A stretch of DNA of 64,000 nt. Origin: Cyanobacteria bacterium P01_D01_bin.156. GTDB lineage: Bacteria > Cyanobacteriota > Cyanobacteriia > Phormidesmidales > Phormidesmidaceae. The notes under the pieces were generated by a model that saw only the letters and a program-made list of their open reading frames with translations, was not told the origin of the DNA and searched no databases. The stretch's first letter is position 1. Each line of letters starts with the position of its first letter. The stretch is taken from assembly GCA_039024555.1 (NCBI GenBank), contig JBCCQQ010000019.1, forward strand, positions 33,967-97,966, written 5' to 3'. Positions 30,548-41,419 of this stretch are shown here, one piece after another. A program made the translations under genes and the position numbers.

Positions 30548-32134
30548 ATGGACTTTTCCACATTCCCTTGGTTAACCACCGTTATTTTGCTGCCCATTGT
30601 GGCAGCGTTTCTATTGCCCTTTATCCCAGATAAAGATGGCAAAACCGTACGGTGGTATTCCCTAATCGTCGGGCTGATTGATTTTGCCCTAATTGTTACC
30701 GCCTTTGTCACCTGCTACGACCCCACTAGCTCTGGAATGCAGCTAGTGGAAAGCTATAGCTGGGTGCCTGCTCTAGACCTGAAATGGTCTGTGGGTGTAG
30801 ACGGTCTCTCCATGCCTTTGGTATTGCTCACTGGGTTTATTACAACTCTGGCGACGTTGGCATCTTGGCCCGTTACCCTAAAGCCAAAGCTTTTCTACTT
30901 TTTACTGCTGTCCATGTACGGCGCACAGATTGCCGTATTTGCTGTACAGGACATGCTGTTGTTTTTCCTAGTGTGGGAGCTGGAGCTGATCCCCGTTTAT
31001 CTACTGCTCTCCATTTGGGGTGGAAAAAAGCGGCTGTATGCAGCGACCAAATTTATTCTCTACACAGCAGGTGGCTCACTATTTATTCTGGTGGCAGCTT
31101 TGGCCATGGCCTTCTACGGTGACACCATCACCTTTGATATGCAGGCATTGATGGCTAAGGAATTTCCAGTACGACTGCAGCTATGGCTTTACACCGCATT
31201 TTTGGTGGCCTATGCAGTCAAACTGCCCATCTTTCCACTACATACCTGGTTGCCCGATGCCCACGGTGAAGCAACTGCTCCGGTACACATGTTGCTGGCA
31301 GGAATTCTCCTGAAGATGGGTGGCTATGCCCTGATCCGCATGAATGTGGAAATGCTGCCCGATGCCCATGCTATTGTGGCGCCTGGTTTGATTCTCTTTG
31401 GCGTAATCAACATTATTTACGCCGCCCTCACCTCCTTTGCCCAAAAGAACCTCAAACGGAAGATTGCCTATTCATCCATCTCCCACATGGGATTTGTAAT
31501 TATCGGTATCGCTTCGTTTACTAACTTGGGTATGAGTGGCGCTGTTCTACAAATGGTGTCCCACGGTTTGATTGGGGCCAGCTTGTTCTTCCTCGTGGGG
31601 GCTACCTATGATCGTACCCACACCCTAATCCTGCCGGAGATGGGGGGTGTCGGCACCAAAATGCCTAAGATCTTCGCCATGTTCACGGCTTGTTCCATGG
31701 CGTCTTTGGCTCTACCAGGAATGAGTGGGTTCGTAGCAGAGCTGATGGTGTTTGTAGGCTTTGCCAATAGCGATGCCTACAGCTTTAACTTCAAGCTGGT
31801 GATGATTCTGCTGATGGCAGTGGGTGTTATTTTGACACCGATCTATCTGCTGTCTATGCTGCGGGAAATCTTCTTTGGGCCTGAGAACAAGGAGCTGACT
31901 GAAGAACAGGCGCTGATCGATGCGGAACCCCGCGAGGTGTTTATTATTGCCTGCTTGCTAGTCCCCATCATTGGCTTTGGGCTATATCCCAAGCTACTGA
32001 CTCAGGTGTACGACGCGAAGACAATGCAAATTAGCGATTCGCTAAGGACTGAGCTGTTTGCGATCGCAGATAGTACACCACCTCTACCCATTGGCAACCT
32101 TCCGGCCAGCAAAGCTCCTGTCATTGGTCAGTAG
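30548..32134 (+). CDS. ndhD1: NAD(P)H-quinone oxidoreductase subunit 4 (NdhD1-type)
   Basis: [36 protein letters not shown] and YSSISHMG. Confidence 0.93.
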   Translation: MDFSTFPWLTTVILLPIVAAFLLPFIPDKDGKTVRWYSLIVGLIDFALIVTAFVTCYDPTSSGMQLVESYSWVPALDLKWSVGVDGLSMPLVLLTGFITTLATLASWPVTLKPKLFYFLLLSMYGAQIAVFAVQDMLLFFLVWELELIPVYLLLSIWGGKKRLYAATKFILYTAGGSLFILVAALAMAFYGDTITFDMQALMAKEFPVRLQLWLYTAFLVAYAVKLPIFPLHTWLPDAHGEATAPVHMLLAGILLKMGGYALIRMNVEMLPDAHAIVAPGLILFGVINIIYAALTSFAQKNLKRKIAYSSISHMGFVIIGIASFTNLGMSGAVLQMVSHGLIGASLFFLVGATYDRTHTLILPEMGGVGTKMPKIFAMFTACSMASLALPGMSGFVAELMVFVGFANSDAYSFNFKLVMILLMAVGVILTPIYLLSMLREIFFGPENKELTEEQALIDAEPREVFIIACLLVPIIGFGLYPKLLTQVYDAKTMQISDSLRTELFAIADSTPPLPIGNLPASKAPVIGQ

Positions 32135-32139
32135 TCACT

Positions 32140-32168
32140 GTAGGGGGAATTGTATGTAATTCCCCTAC
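32140..32168. repeat. GTAG-type REP-like palindrome / hairpin after ndhD1
   Basis: gtagggggaatt-gtatgt-aattcccctac. Confidence 0.6.
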
Positions 32169-32287
32169 GGAGGCCATGTTGTTACGGAAACATCAATCCT
32201 CTACTATCCACTGATCTTCGAAAGGTTACCCTTGACAAGATTAGTGGTTTTCTTTATTTCTTAAGCACTCCCCTATACGAGCGTCCA

Positions 32288-33637
32288 TTGAACCTGAATC
32301 GTTTCGCCGGTGTCATTAACTTTTTTTCGGTGCAAGACTGGGCACTGGAAGCCAGATTGCTGCGATGGCTGACAATGCTGTGGTTATTTGTCGGTTTAGT
32401 CGTGCTATTTTCAGCATCTTATCCAGTAGCCGATGCCGAAGTAGGGGACGGTGCCCATTTCTTTAAGGTGCAAATCCTTTGGATTATAGTGGGCCTGCTC
32501 ATCTCTCGATGGGTGACTCGCACCTCCCTCAGACTGATTATGCAGTTTTCAGGTCTGGGGCTGTTTACATGTTTAGGCTTGATCCTAGCCACCCACATTC
32601 CAGGTTTGGGGGTGGAGGTGAATGGAGCGATCCGATGGTTGCCCCTAGGACCCTTCTTAATTCAACCATCAGAGCTACTAAAGCCATTTTTGATTTTACA
32701 AAGTGCTCGTTTATTTGGTCGCTGGCATCGGTTTAAGCCAGGAGCCCGCTGGTTGTGGTTAGGAGTCTTCACAACCTGTTTATTGGCGATTTTGATACAG
32801 CCCAACTTAAGCACAACTGCTGTTTGTGGCATCACCCTATGGCTCATCGCCTGGGCCTCCGGGCGTCCCTATTTCCATTTACTCATGACCGCCGGGGCAG
32901 GTACCCTAGCCGCTGTGCTGAGTGTCAGCATTAAAACGTACCAACGGGAGAGAATTATCTCCTTTTTAGATCCCTGGTCCCAGGCCAGCGATCTGGGCTA
33001 TCAGTTGGTACAAAGCCTATATTCCATCGGTTCCGGTGGGTTGTGGGGCACCGGCTTCGGGATGGGGCAGCAAAAGCTCGGATATCTGCCCATTCAGTAC
33101 ACAGACTTTATTTTTTCAGTCTACGCCGAAGAATTTGGCTTTGTGGGCGCAGTGATGCTGCTGTTATTCTTAGCAGTTTTTAGCACCGTTGCTTTACTCG
33201 TTGCCCTCAAAGCAAAGTCATCGGTCAATCGATTGATTGCCATTGGCTGCATGGTACTGCTAGTGGGCCAGTCTCTGATCAATATTGGAGTGGCAACGGG
33301 CTCATTACCCACCACAGGATTACCCTTCCCGATGATGAGCTACGGGGGCAGTTCCATGCTGTCTAGTCTGGCAGTAGCAGGGTTGCTAATCCGAGTTGCC
33401 CGCGAAGCCCACGAAGCCGACATTGTTGCCATGACTGAGCAGCCTGTTAAACCTCGACGATATCGGCCCGGGGGACGACGCAGACGCCATGGGCAGCAGC
33501 CTCCCGTCTCTCCCACGCCCCAGCCTCCCACCAAACGTATTTTGCGACGACGGCCTCCCAGCCATATTCAACCCGATGGCGTCTCCGAACCTAAGTTAAG
33601 CTCTGTCACAAGTCGCAGACGCTCCCGAAGTCTTTAA
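32288..33637 (+). CDS. ftsW: SEDS family cell division protein FtsW
   Basis: NGAIRW, QPSELLKP, QPNLST, TDFIFSVYAEE and MSYGGSS; likely TTG start at 32288; Arg/Pro-rich tail. Confidence 0.9.
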   Translation: MNLNRFAGVINFFSVQDWALEARLLRWLTMLWLFVGLVVLFSASYPVADAEVGDGAHFFKVQILWIIVGLLISRWVTRTSLRLIMQFSGLGLFTCLGLILATHIPGLGVEVNGAIRWLPLGPFLIQPSELLKPFLILQSARLFGRWHRFKPGARWLWLGVFTTCLLAILIQPNLSTTAVCGITLWLIAWASGRPYFHLLMTAGAGTLAAVLSVSIKTYQRERIISFLDPWSQASDLGYQLVQSLYSIGSGGLWGTGFGMGQQKLGYLPIQYTDFIFSVYAEEFGFVGAVMLLLFLAVFSTVALLVALKAKSSVNRLIAIGCMVLLVGQSLINIGVATGSLPTTGLPFPMMSYGGSSMLSSLAVAGLLIRVAREAHEADIVAMTEQPVKPRRYRPGGRRRRHGQQPPVSPTPQPPTKRILRRRPPSHIQPDGVSEPKLSSVTSRRRSRSL

Positions 33638-33747
33638 CGTTTCGATACAATACTTGTGTCTTTGCGCACAGCTTGCGCCATTGGCCAGCAGCGGATCTCC
33701 TTACACCGAGGGTTACGTTGCTTGAAAGTTCAATCTGCCTCGATTGT

Positions 33748-34488
33748 ATGTGGGAAACGCTTCAGCTCAATCTCTATAACCTCAGCCAGCTGGCCAATCA
33801 ATGGGTCGGTGCTCAGTTAGATCACCTGTCTGTGGCCAGTGTAGTGATTATTGCCGCCGCTGGTCTGTTGACCAGCCTTACCCCCTGTATGCTCTCCATG
33901 CTGCCAATTACGGTGGGCTACATGGGCAGCTACGATTTAGAGAATCGCTGGCAGGCTGTGGGTCAGTCATCCTGGTTTGCCCTGGGTCTGGCGACCACCC
34001 TGGCTGGTCTAGGCATTGTGGCGAGCAGCCTCGGTTGGGTCTACGGTCAGGTAGGCGTTGGGTTACCCATTGTGGTGAGTGCGATCGCAATCATCATGGG
34101 CCTCAACCTTTTAGAAGCCTTGCCTCTGCCGCCTCTACCGTCCTACAGCGGTATGGACTTCATGCAAAACAACATTCCCAGGTCCGTCAAGTCCTATCTA
34201 CTAGGTCTCACCTTTGGATTAGTGGCATCCCCCTGCAGCACACCGGTCCTAGCAACGCTGCTAGCTTGGGTCGGCCAAACAGGCGATCCTATCCTGGGTA
34301 GTTCATTACTGCTGGCTTACACCATCGGTTATGTTGCTCCTCTGGTAATTGCCGGTATCTTCACCGCATCAATTAAAAAGATTTTAGCGATTCGTCAGTG
34401 GTCCGGTTGGATTACCCCCGCCAGCGGTGTGTTGCTGATTGGCTTTGGCGTATTTTCCCTAGTATCACGATTTATACCGATTGCGTAG
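33748..34488 (+). CDS. ccdA: Cytochrome c biogenesis protein CcdA
   Basis: TSLTPCMLSMLP and ASPCSTPVLA; start moved to ATG 33748. Confidence 0.92.
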   Translation: MWETLQLNLYNLSQLANQWVGAQLDHLSVASVVIIAAAGLLTSLTPCMLSMLPITVGYMGSYDLENRWQAVGQSSWFALGLATTLAGLGIVASSLGWVYGQVGVGLPIVVSAIAIIMGLNLLEALPLPPLPSYSGMDFMQNNIPRSVKSYLLGLTFGLVASPCSTPVLATLLAWVGQTGDPILGSSLLLAYTIGYVAPLVIAGIFTASIKKILAIRQWSGWITPASGVLLIGFGVFSLVSRFIPIA

Positions 34489-34601
34489 GGTGGGCATGTC
34501 ATCAATGACCTTTCCCCTCCTGGGAGGGGCTCTGGGGTGGGCTAATCAATAACGCTAATAATCGAAACCCACCCCACCTAAAAAGCACCCCCGCTTGGGA
34601 A
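34485..34601. repeat. REP-like / GC-rich palindromic repeat cluster
   Basis: gtagggtgggca, cccctcc-tg-ggagggg, and ggggtggg...cccacccc. Confidence 0.55.
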
Positions 34602-34667
34602 GAGACATGATAATCAAAAGTCTCTGCTTACGAACAAAATTTTCCATACCACCTCTTCTCTGTTCCC

Positions 34668-36029
34668 ATGTTGCTTGCCCTAAAACGCTACTTCAAAAAA
34701 GATCTAATCCCTCTCTTGGCCGACCTACGTCTGGCCATTGTGATGCTATTGGTGATTGCGGTCTTTAGCATTTTGGGCACCGTCATTGAACAGGGGCAAA
34801 GTCTCGCCTTTTACCAACAAAACTATCCCGAAGACCCCGCTCTCTTCGGTTTCCTAAGCTGGAAAGTACTTCTGATTTCAGGCCTTGATCACGTATACCG
34901 CACCTGGTGGTATCTTTCTCTCCTAATTCTGTTTGGCAGTAGTCTCACCGCTTGCACCTTTACTCGACAGATTACGGCTCTACGCTGGTTTTCTCGCACC
35001 TGGAACTTCTATAGCAAACCCAGGCAATTCGAGAAAATGGCTCTTAGCACGGAGCTAAAGCAGGGTAACCTTGACCAACTTACCAATTTTTTAGAAACCA
35101 AACGCTATAAGACATTTCATAAGGACGGCACCATGCTCTATGCCCAAAAGGGCCTAGCCGGACGCATTGGCCCTATTGTGGTCCATGCCAGCATGTTAAT
35201 TATTTTGCTAGGTGCCATGTATGGTGCCATGACCGGATTCTTTGCCCAGGAAATGGTCCCCAGCGGCAATACCTTTAAGGTACAGAATGTATTCGATGCA
35301 GGTCCTTGGGCTGGGCCTCAAATTCCTAAGGACTGGTCCGTTAAAGTCAATCGCTTCTGGATTGACTATAGCCCCGAAGGACGGGTGGATCAGTTTTATT
35401 CTGACCTATCTGTACTGGACGATCAGGGAGAAGAAGTAAAGCGCAAGACCGTTTGGGTCAATGAGCCTCTGCGCTATCGCAATGTCACCATGTACCAGGC
35501 GGACTGGTCCATTGCTGGGGTACGAGTAAAGATTAACAACAGCCCCGTTTTGCAACTGCCCATGGCCCCCATTGACACTGAAGGTGGCGGCAAGCTCTGG
35601 GGAACTTGGGTGCCGACCAAACCCGATATGAGTACGGGGGTATCGTTAATTGCCCAAGACTTACAGGGAACCCTGCTGGTCTACAACGAACAGGGAGAAC
35701 TCATTTCCACCGTGCGAGAAGGGATGTCAGTGGAGGTGAATGGAGTCACCTTATCGGTGCCTGAAATTATTGGCAGTACCGGATTACAAATAAAGGCAGA
35801 TCCCGGTGTCCCTGTTGTTTACTTAGGCTTTGGTCTGCTAATGATCGGGGTAATGATGAGCTATGTGTCTCACTCTCAGGTATGGGCGCTGCAGGAAGGT
35901 GACAAGCTCTATGTAGGTGGGCGCACCAACCGTGCACAGGTAGCATTTGAGCGAGAACTGGTGGCCGTGCTGGATGACTTAAGCGCTGACTCAGCTTCAG
36001 AAACGAACACAGCGCTAGTCGTTTCTTAG
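34668..36029 (+). CDS. ccs1: Cytochrome c biogenesis protein Ccs1/CcsB (ResB-like)
   Basis: [35 protein letters not shown] and KADPG.P.VY.GF. Confidence 0.93.
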   Translation: MLLALKRYFKKDLIPLLADLRLAIVMLLVIAVFSILGTVIEQGQSLAFYQQNYPEDPALFGFLSWKVLLISGLDHVYRTWWYLSLLILFGSSLTACTFTRQITALRWFSRTWNFYSKPRQFEKMALSTELKQGNLDQLTNFLETKRYKTFHKDGTMLYAQKGLAGRIGPIVVHASMLIILLGAMYGAMTGFFAQEMVPSGNTFKVQNVFDAGPWAGPQIPKDWSVKVNRFWIDYSPEGRVDQFYSDLSVLDDQGEEVKRKTVWVNEPLRYRNVTMYQADWSIAGVRVKINNSPVLQLPMAPIDTEGGGKLWGTWVPTKPDMSTGVSLIAQDLQGTLLVYNEQGELISTVREGMSVEVNGVTLSVPEIIGSTGLQIKADPGVPVVYLGFGLLMIGVMMSYVSHSQVWALQEGDKLYVGGRTNRAQVAFERELVAVLDDLSADSASETNTALVVS

Positions 36030-36459
36030 TAGATGCTGCTTATATGGCACCCGGACGCGCGATCGCAACTGGTGGCACAGATTTCTTCGGCATTGTGCTC
36101 AGTCTAAGTCCTCCAAAGCAAAAACTCTGGCTCAATGGGTGAATCAGTAATTATCACTAAATGACAATTGCTAGTGAGCATTCAGGATTTCGCGCCAAGG
36201 TTAAGCCATCCCGATTACTGACGATACATCCGCAAACTAGCGTATTTTTTGATACTTCTATCTTTGCAAGCGTCAGTAAATTCCGAATAGGCTTAGCGAT
36301 CCGTTTAAGTAGTCAGTCCCTATGTGAACTTTAGAAGTTGCTTAAACTCGGCATGTTTCTGCAAGGAGTGTTCTTGGTCACTTTTATTACAGAGCGACAC
36401 CATCAAGTGTACGCAACTACCTTTACCACCAAGCACATTTCATTTTTACGCAGAGCACT

Positions 36460-37155
36460 ATGAACGTATTCGCTAAAGGTTTGCTATTAGGAGCGATCGC
36501 ATCTGCCAGCCTCCTAACAATTGGCACTGTCGAAGCCAATGCAGCCGATATCAAAGCAACTGTAACAGCCGACAATTTTTACGGTATTTTCTATGGAAAC
36601 GAAAGCGGCAGCGATTTGAACTTCGTCGGACGTAACGAGCTCGGCGATAAGGGTTCGTCTGGAAAGTACAACTGGTCTGAAGCAGAAACCTGGGATTTCA
36701 ACGTAAATTCTGACGACTATCTTTACCTGGTAACTTGGGATGATGGCCGTGTGGCAGAATCCTGGATTGGTGAATTTGAAATTGGTGGCAAAAAGGTACT
36801 ATCCGGTGCGGATGACTGGGAGTACATTGTTGGTGGAGAGAATCCATATTTAGTGGACAAGTCTACAAATCTCCTTCCCGGCAATGATGAACTCACATCT
36901 CTAATTGATGGTGCAACCTGGGAAGACACCATTAGTATTGGTAAAAATGGGATCAAGCCTTGGAATACTATCGCTGGTATCGAGCAAGATGCTGACTGGC
37001 TGCAAACAGCTTCCCATACGAAGGGTAAGTACACTATTTTCCGCACCAAAGTATCTGCTGAAGAGACAGCTGATATTCCTGAACCTGCATCTATGCTAGG
37101 TCTACTAGCTGTTGGTGCCATGGCAACTACTCTAAAGCGCAAGTTTAGCGTGTAG
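36460..37155 (+). CDS. PEP-CTERM sorting domain protein
   Basis: Signal peptide; C-terminal IPEPASMLGLLAVG...LKRK. Confidence 0.92.
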   Translation: MNVFAKGLLLGAIASASLLTIGTVEANAADIKATVTADNFYGIFYGNESGSDLNFVGRNELGDKGSSGKYNWSEAETWDFNVNSDDYLYLVTWDDGRVAESWIGEFEIGGKKVLSGADDWEYIVGGENPYLVDKSTNLLPGNDELTSLIDGATWEDTISIGKNGIKPWNTIAGIEQDADWLQTASHTKGKYTIFRTKVSAEETADIPEPASMLGLLAVGAMATTLKRKFSV

Positions 37156-37200
37156 CTGTTGATGTAGATTACACAATCAAAACTGAGTAACATTGTTCTA

Positions 37201-37243
37201 AATAAAAGAGGTGAGCGACCGGTGGGCTCACCTCTTTTTATTT
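37201..37243 (+). terminator. Intrinsic terminator
   Basis: aaaagaggtgagc...gctcacctctttt followed by a T-rich tract. Confidence 0.85.
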
Positions 37244-37340
37244 GTACTGAAGCAACGTTGTTAAGGGATGCGATCGCACCTCACAGCCATCCTTTTCTAT
37301 CAGCTAAAATAACGATCAACGACTCGCGAGTATTCCTAGG

Positions 37341-37883
37341 ATGAAAACCCTTGCCAAATGGTGTATCAATGACTATCACCAGATGGCTGCAGCGGGCATT
37401 TTAGTGAACCGTCAGGTGGAACTACTCGCAGGAGAAATTATCGAAATAGCACCGGAAACGCCGCTGCACTACAACGTTGCGAAACGGGATTCTCGATATT
37501 TGGAAACGTTACTTCAGGGTAAGGCGGATGTTCGATTAAATGGCCCCATTACGCTAGCGGATTCTGAGCCGGAGCCGGATATTGCGATTGTGCGGTTGCC
37601 GGAGTCTGCTTATGATACACGCCATCCTTATGCTAAGGATATTTACTGGGTGGTAGAGGTGGCCAAGACCAGTTTGCAAAAAGATTTGACGATTAAAGCG
37701 GCGATCTATGCAGCGGCTAAGATTCCTGAGTATTGGGTGTTAGACCTGAAGGGACAGCAGCTGAGAGTGTTTCGTGATCCTGTTGAAGATAAATATGAAA
37801 CAGAGACTGTTTATCAGTCTGGCACCCTAACGCCTCTGGCTTTTCCCGAACTGTCAATATCTATTAGAAAACTGTTAAGCTAG
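37341..37883 (+). CDS. Uma2/DUF820 family putative endonuclease
   Basis: VELLAGEI, SEPEPDIAIV, VVEVA.TS...D...K..IYA and IPEYWVLD. Confidence 0.9.
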   Translation: MKTLAKWCINDYHQMAAAGILVNRQVELLAGEIIEIAPETPLHYNVAKRDSRYLETLLQGKADVRLNGPITLADSEPEPDIAIVRLPESAYDTRHPYAKDIYWVVEVAKTSLQKDLTIKAAIYAAAKIPEYWVLDLKGQQLRVFRDPVEDKYETETVYQSGTLTPLAFPELSISIRKLLS

Positions 37884-37970
37884 TCAGGCTACAATTTGAT
37901 TTGTGGTCTGCGAATCAATCTCGACCTCAATTGATCTCGCAGGGATTTATGAGATGGATACCGTATGCTA

Positions 37971-38648
37971 CTAAATCACTAGTTCGCTAGTAGGCTCGTT
38001 ACGAATCGTCGAAACATATATCACAGCCAAGGTAAGGCGTTTCCAATTAGGTTGGTTCAGCTTAAATGCCAGACCTCCAAAGAGCGCTGCCCAACCTACT
38101 GGTCCAATTGCGAGGGCAATAACTTGGCTCATTCCCATATAGGCGGCAAATGGTAACGTAATGCCCAGGGTGCTAGTAAGTCCGCCCAGTGCGGTACTTG
38201 CCATCAGGTAAACTCCAAACCCACTTGCTCTAGCAGCAGCCATAGCTCCACCCGTTAAAAAAATATCTTCTACTCTGTGATCATTGTTGTTGCGCTTCAT
38301 CTCCATAATCATCTGTTCTCGTCGCTCTGGAGTGAGCCGATCAAGCATGTCTTGAAAGATTTTAGTGACTACAGCTGTTTCGATTTCATACGTTTTTAGC
38401 TGCTTCCAGTGTCGTCCCTTTAGGAGTGCCAACCAATCAATGTCAATGTTGTCAGCGACATCCGTTACGACCTGCTTCCATGATTCATCCCAAAATAGCT
38501 GCCCAATACTACCTGCTCTGAGGTAACGAATGTGGTTACACAGGGTATCAGTATCGCTACCAAAGGAAGAACCTATTAGTTTTCCAAGGTTGTGACGCTG
38601 TTCACGAGTTGCACCTTGAACAATTTTCCTAAACTCACTCAGTGACAT
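37971..38648 (-). CDS. YaaW/UPF0174-like hypothetical membrane-associated protein
   Basis: SWKQVVTDVAD, EIETAV, Gly/Ala-rich hydrophobic segment and GPVGWA. Confidence 0.65.
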   Translation of the reverse strand: MSLSEFRKIVQGATREQRHNLGKLIGSSFGSDTDTLCNHIRYLRAGSIGQLFWDESWKQVVTDVADNIDIDWLALLKGRHWKQLKTYEIETAVVTKIFQDMLDRLTPERREQMIMEMKRNNNDHRVEDIFLTGGAMAAARASGFGVYLMASTALGGLTSTLGITLPFAAYMGMSQVIALAIGPVGWAALFGGLAFKLNQPNWKRLTLAVIYVSTIRNEPTSELVI

Positions 38649-38827
38649 AGTGTAATGATGTCAATGTAAACAAGAGATTAACCTGTATTCACTGAGCAGT
38701 AACTAATGTCCGGGAAATAATGCATAACTCTGAAGTGGCGAGTCCATAGATTAATTTAGAGGCATTAGAGTGCTCCAACATTAACGATTCAACACATTAA
38801 TGACAGAAGTTTTCGATAGATATACTC

Positions 38828-39298
38828 ATGGGACTAGGCCACCAATTCAAACTACAGGTCATCCACTCAGACATCTTTAGAGAAAGTCAATTTACCCCTG
38901 AACAATCCCACGAGTGGCTTAGCGACGAACTCAAAGCCTACCAAAAGCCCTGTATCATCGTCGTTCCATCCACTGACCTACCGTCTATGGTCAAGATGAT
39001 CAGCTTAGTCCACAAATTTCCAATCGAGCCCATCGAACTAGCGATCGCCAATCCCCAAAACATCACCTTTCGCACCAATCCACCCATCACAGCCGAAGGC
39101 AACATTTGGCAAGCACTCCAGACCCGTTACCAACTATCTGACGACGACAAACTCGATGTCCTCAATTGGACCGGCATCCGAGGTGGCTCGATCCGTAAAC
39201 TCAGCTGGTTCAAGACCCATGGCTGGAACAAACCCACCCAGTTTTTAACTCAACTCAGCCAAGAGTTTAAAGATACTGACTCTCAATCTCATCACTAA
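38828..39298 (+). CDS. Hypothetical protein
   Basis: 156-aa ATG ORF filling the intergenic space; no motif recognised. Confidence 0.55.
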   Translation: MGLGHQFKLQVIHSDIFRESQFTPEQSHEWLSDELKAYQKPCIIVVPSTDLPSMVKMISLVHKFPIEPIELAIANPQNITFRTNPPITAEGNIWQALQTRYQLSDDDKLDVLNWTGIRGGSIRKLSWFKTHGWNKPTQFLTQLSQEFKDTDSQSHH

Positions 39299-39566
39299 GA
39301 CAAACAAACGTGACTGGAACGCCATTCGACGTAGCCAGACAGTTGGTGTAATACCCCTGCTGTAAAGTATTTCGGAGTTCTCTTGCCTGTTCAACAGTAT
39401 TGAAATAAAAGGCAAATCCAACACCACCCATAAGAATATCGTCAGGCCTTAACCAGCTAAATTCCAAAGGCGGGTTGCCTTCACTTAAATCAATATTGGT
39501 ATAGCGCCTGAAGCCAGTGATTGAGCGGGCAATTTGGAGAAGTTGTACTTGCGATAAAGGGTTCAC
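39267..39566 (-). CDS. Hypothetical protein
   Basis: 99-aa GTG ORF downstream of menB; 32-nt convergent overlap with the previous ORF. Confidence 0.45.
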   Translation of the reverse strand: MNPLSQVQLLQIARSITGFRRYTNIDLSEGNPPLEFSWLRPDDILMGGVGFAFYFNTVEQARELRNTLQQGYYTNCLATSNGVPVTFVCLSDEIESQYL

Positions 39567-39625
39567 GGATGGAGGTAGGCGAGTATGTTTTCAGTATTTT
39601 GTTTGATAGTAAAAAGTCTTCAACC

Positions 39626-40459
39626 TTAAGGCAACCAAGGATACTGACTAAAATCAGGCTGACGCTTCTCCAAAAATGCCTGTTTCCCTTCTGCACCTTC
39701 CTCAGTCAAGTAATACAATAATGTCGCATTCCCCGCTAGCTCCTGAAGTCCTGCTTGGCCATCACAGTCTGCATTAAACGCCGACTTCAAACACCGAATC
39801 GCCGTCGGACTCTTTTGTAACACTTCCTGTGCCCACTCAACTCCTTCTGTTTCCAGCTGCTCCACTGGCACCACATGGTTCACCAGTCCCATGTTGAGTG
39901 CCTGTTGCGCATCATACTGTCGGCACAAAAACCAAATCTCTCTCGCTTTTTTCTGGCCAACAACCCGCGCCAGATAGCTAGCCCCAAAACCACCATCAAA
40001 GCTACCTACCTTCGGACCCGTCTGACCAAAAATCGCATTGTCTGCCGCAATAGTCAGATCGCAAATCAGGTGTAGCACATGGCCTCCACCAATGGCATAA
40101 CCTGCCACTAATGCAATGATCACCTTGGGCATGGACCGAATCAGTCGCTGCAAATCTAACACATTTAATCGGGGCACACCGTCATCCCCCACATAACCTG
40201 CTTTGCCCCGCACGCTCTGGTCACCACCCGCGCAAAAAGCATACTTCCCATCCGTGTGAGGACCAGCACCAGTCAACAGAACCACACCAATCGACGTATC
40301 TTCCCTAGCATCGCAAAAGGCATCATATAGTTCAAACACTGTTTTAGGTCGAAAGGCATTTCGCTTGTGGGGGCGATTAATCGTAATCTTCGCCATGCCG
40401 TTGGCCTTGTGATAAAAAATGTCTTCGTAGGTTTTGACCGATTGCCAATCGACTTGCAT
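39626..40459 (-). CDS. menB: 1,4-dihydroxy-2-naphthoyl-CoA synthase
   Basis: [30 protein letters not shown] and QKKAREIWF. Confidence 0.97.
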   Translation of the reverse strand: MQVDWQSVKTYEDIFYHKANGMAKITINRPHKRNAFRPKTVFELYDAFCDAREDTSIGVVLLTGAGPHTDGKYAFCAGGDQSVRGKAGYVGDDGVPRLNVLDLQRLIRSMPKVIIALVAGYAIGGGHVLHLICDLTIAADNAIFGQTGPKVGSFDGGFGASYLARVVGQKKAREIWFLCRQYDAQQALNMGLVNHVVPVEQLETEGVEWAQEVLQKSPTAIRCLKSAFNADCDGQAGLQELAGNATLLYYLTEEGAEGKQAFLEKRQPDFSQYPWLP

Positions 40460-40482
40460 GGTGCTGTTTCTTGATAAAGGAT

Positions 40483-40530
40483 TGCCCGGTGAGCATCATA
40501 TGTTTGCTCACCGGGCACTGCCCACCCTAC
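40483..40530. repeat. 13-bp inverted repeat fused to a REP-like half-site
   Basis: tgcccggtgagca...tgctcaccgggca, then ctgcccaccctac. Confidence 0.6.
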
Positions 40531-40652
40531 CAATTCCCACACGGCCTTAATCATTACAAGGCTGTTACAAAATGAGGCTGACCACCGCAAAAGACTGACA
40601 TCTACGGGAGAATAGTTTCTTGAAGGAAATTAAGTTTTAGCCTTGCTATCCC

Positions 40653-41252
40653 ATGGCCTACTACTGGTTCAAGTCATTTCATATTTTTGGTGTTGTGGCC
40701 TGGTTTGCAGGTCTTTTTTATCTGGCGCGGCTGTTTATCTATCACGTAGAAGCGGAGATGGAAATTGAACCCGCCCAGAGCATTTTGAAAAAGCAGTACA
40801 GCATCATGGAAAAGCGGCTGTACAACATCATTACAACACCGGCCATGGTGCTGACGGTGGTGATGGCGGTAGGACTGCTATACACCATGCCTGAGTACCT
40901 AAAGCAAGGATGGATGCATGCCAAACTAGGCTTTGTAGGGTTACTGCTGTTCTACCACTTCTACTGTGGCCGCATGATTAAACAGCTAGAAGCTGGCGAA
41001 TGTAAGTGGAACAGTAAAACGCTGCGCTTATTCAATGAAGGCCCAACGCTCCTGCTGGTAGTCATTGTGATGCTGGTAATTTTCAAAGGCCAGTTTCCTA
41101 CCGGGGCTACTACCTGGCTGATTGTGGCGCTGACGATTTCCTTTTTGGCCACAATCCAGCTCTATGCCCGCAAACGTCGTTTGGATAAGGAACGAGAGGT
41201 GGCAGAAGCGGAAGCGGCAACGGCAGGGAAAGAACAGGTACTGCAATCCTGA
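40653..41252 (+). CDS. hemJ: Protoporphyrinogen oxidase HemJ
   Basis: YWFKSFH, WFAGLFYL.RLFIYH, MEKRLY, WMHAKL and NEGPT. Confidence 0.95.
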   Translation: MAYYWFKSFHIFGVVAWFAGLFYLARLFIYHVEAEMEIEPAQSILKKQYSIMEKRLYNIITTPAMVLTVVMAVGLLYTMPEYLKQGWMHAKLGFVGLLLFYHFYCGRMIKQLEAGECKWNSKTLRLFNEGPTLLLVVIVMLVIFKGQFPTGATTWLIVALTISFLATIQLYARKRRLDKEREVAEAEAATAGKEQVLQS

Positions 41253-41419
41253 TGATTTAAATCTGAACACATACGGGAGGGTGGGCAATGCTCACCTTTT
41301 TTGTTTGCTCCCAAATTTACATGTATTAAACCCGGTCAAACGTGGACAATCTGGTAGGGCACGCCCTTGTGGATGCCCTCAATGTCTGGGTACACACAAC
41401 CAAAACACCGTTCCTCCCT

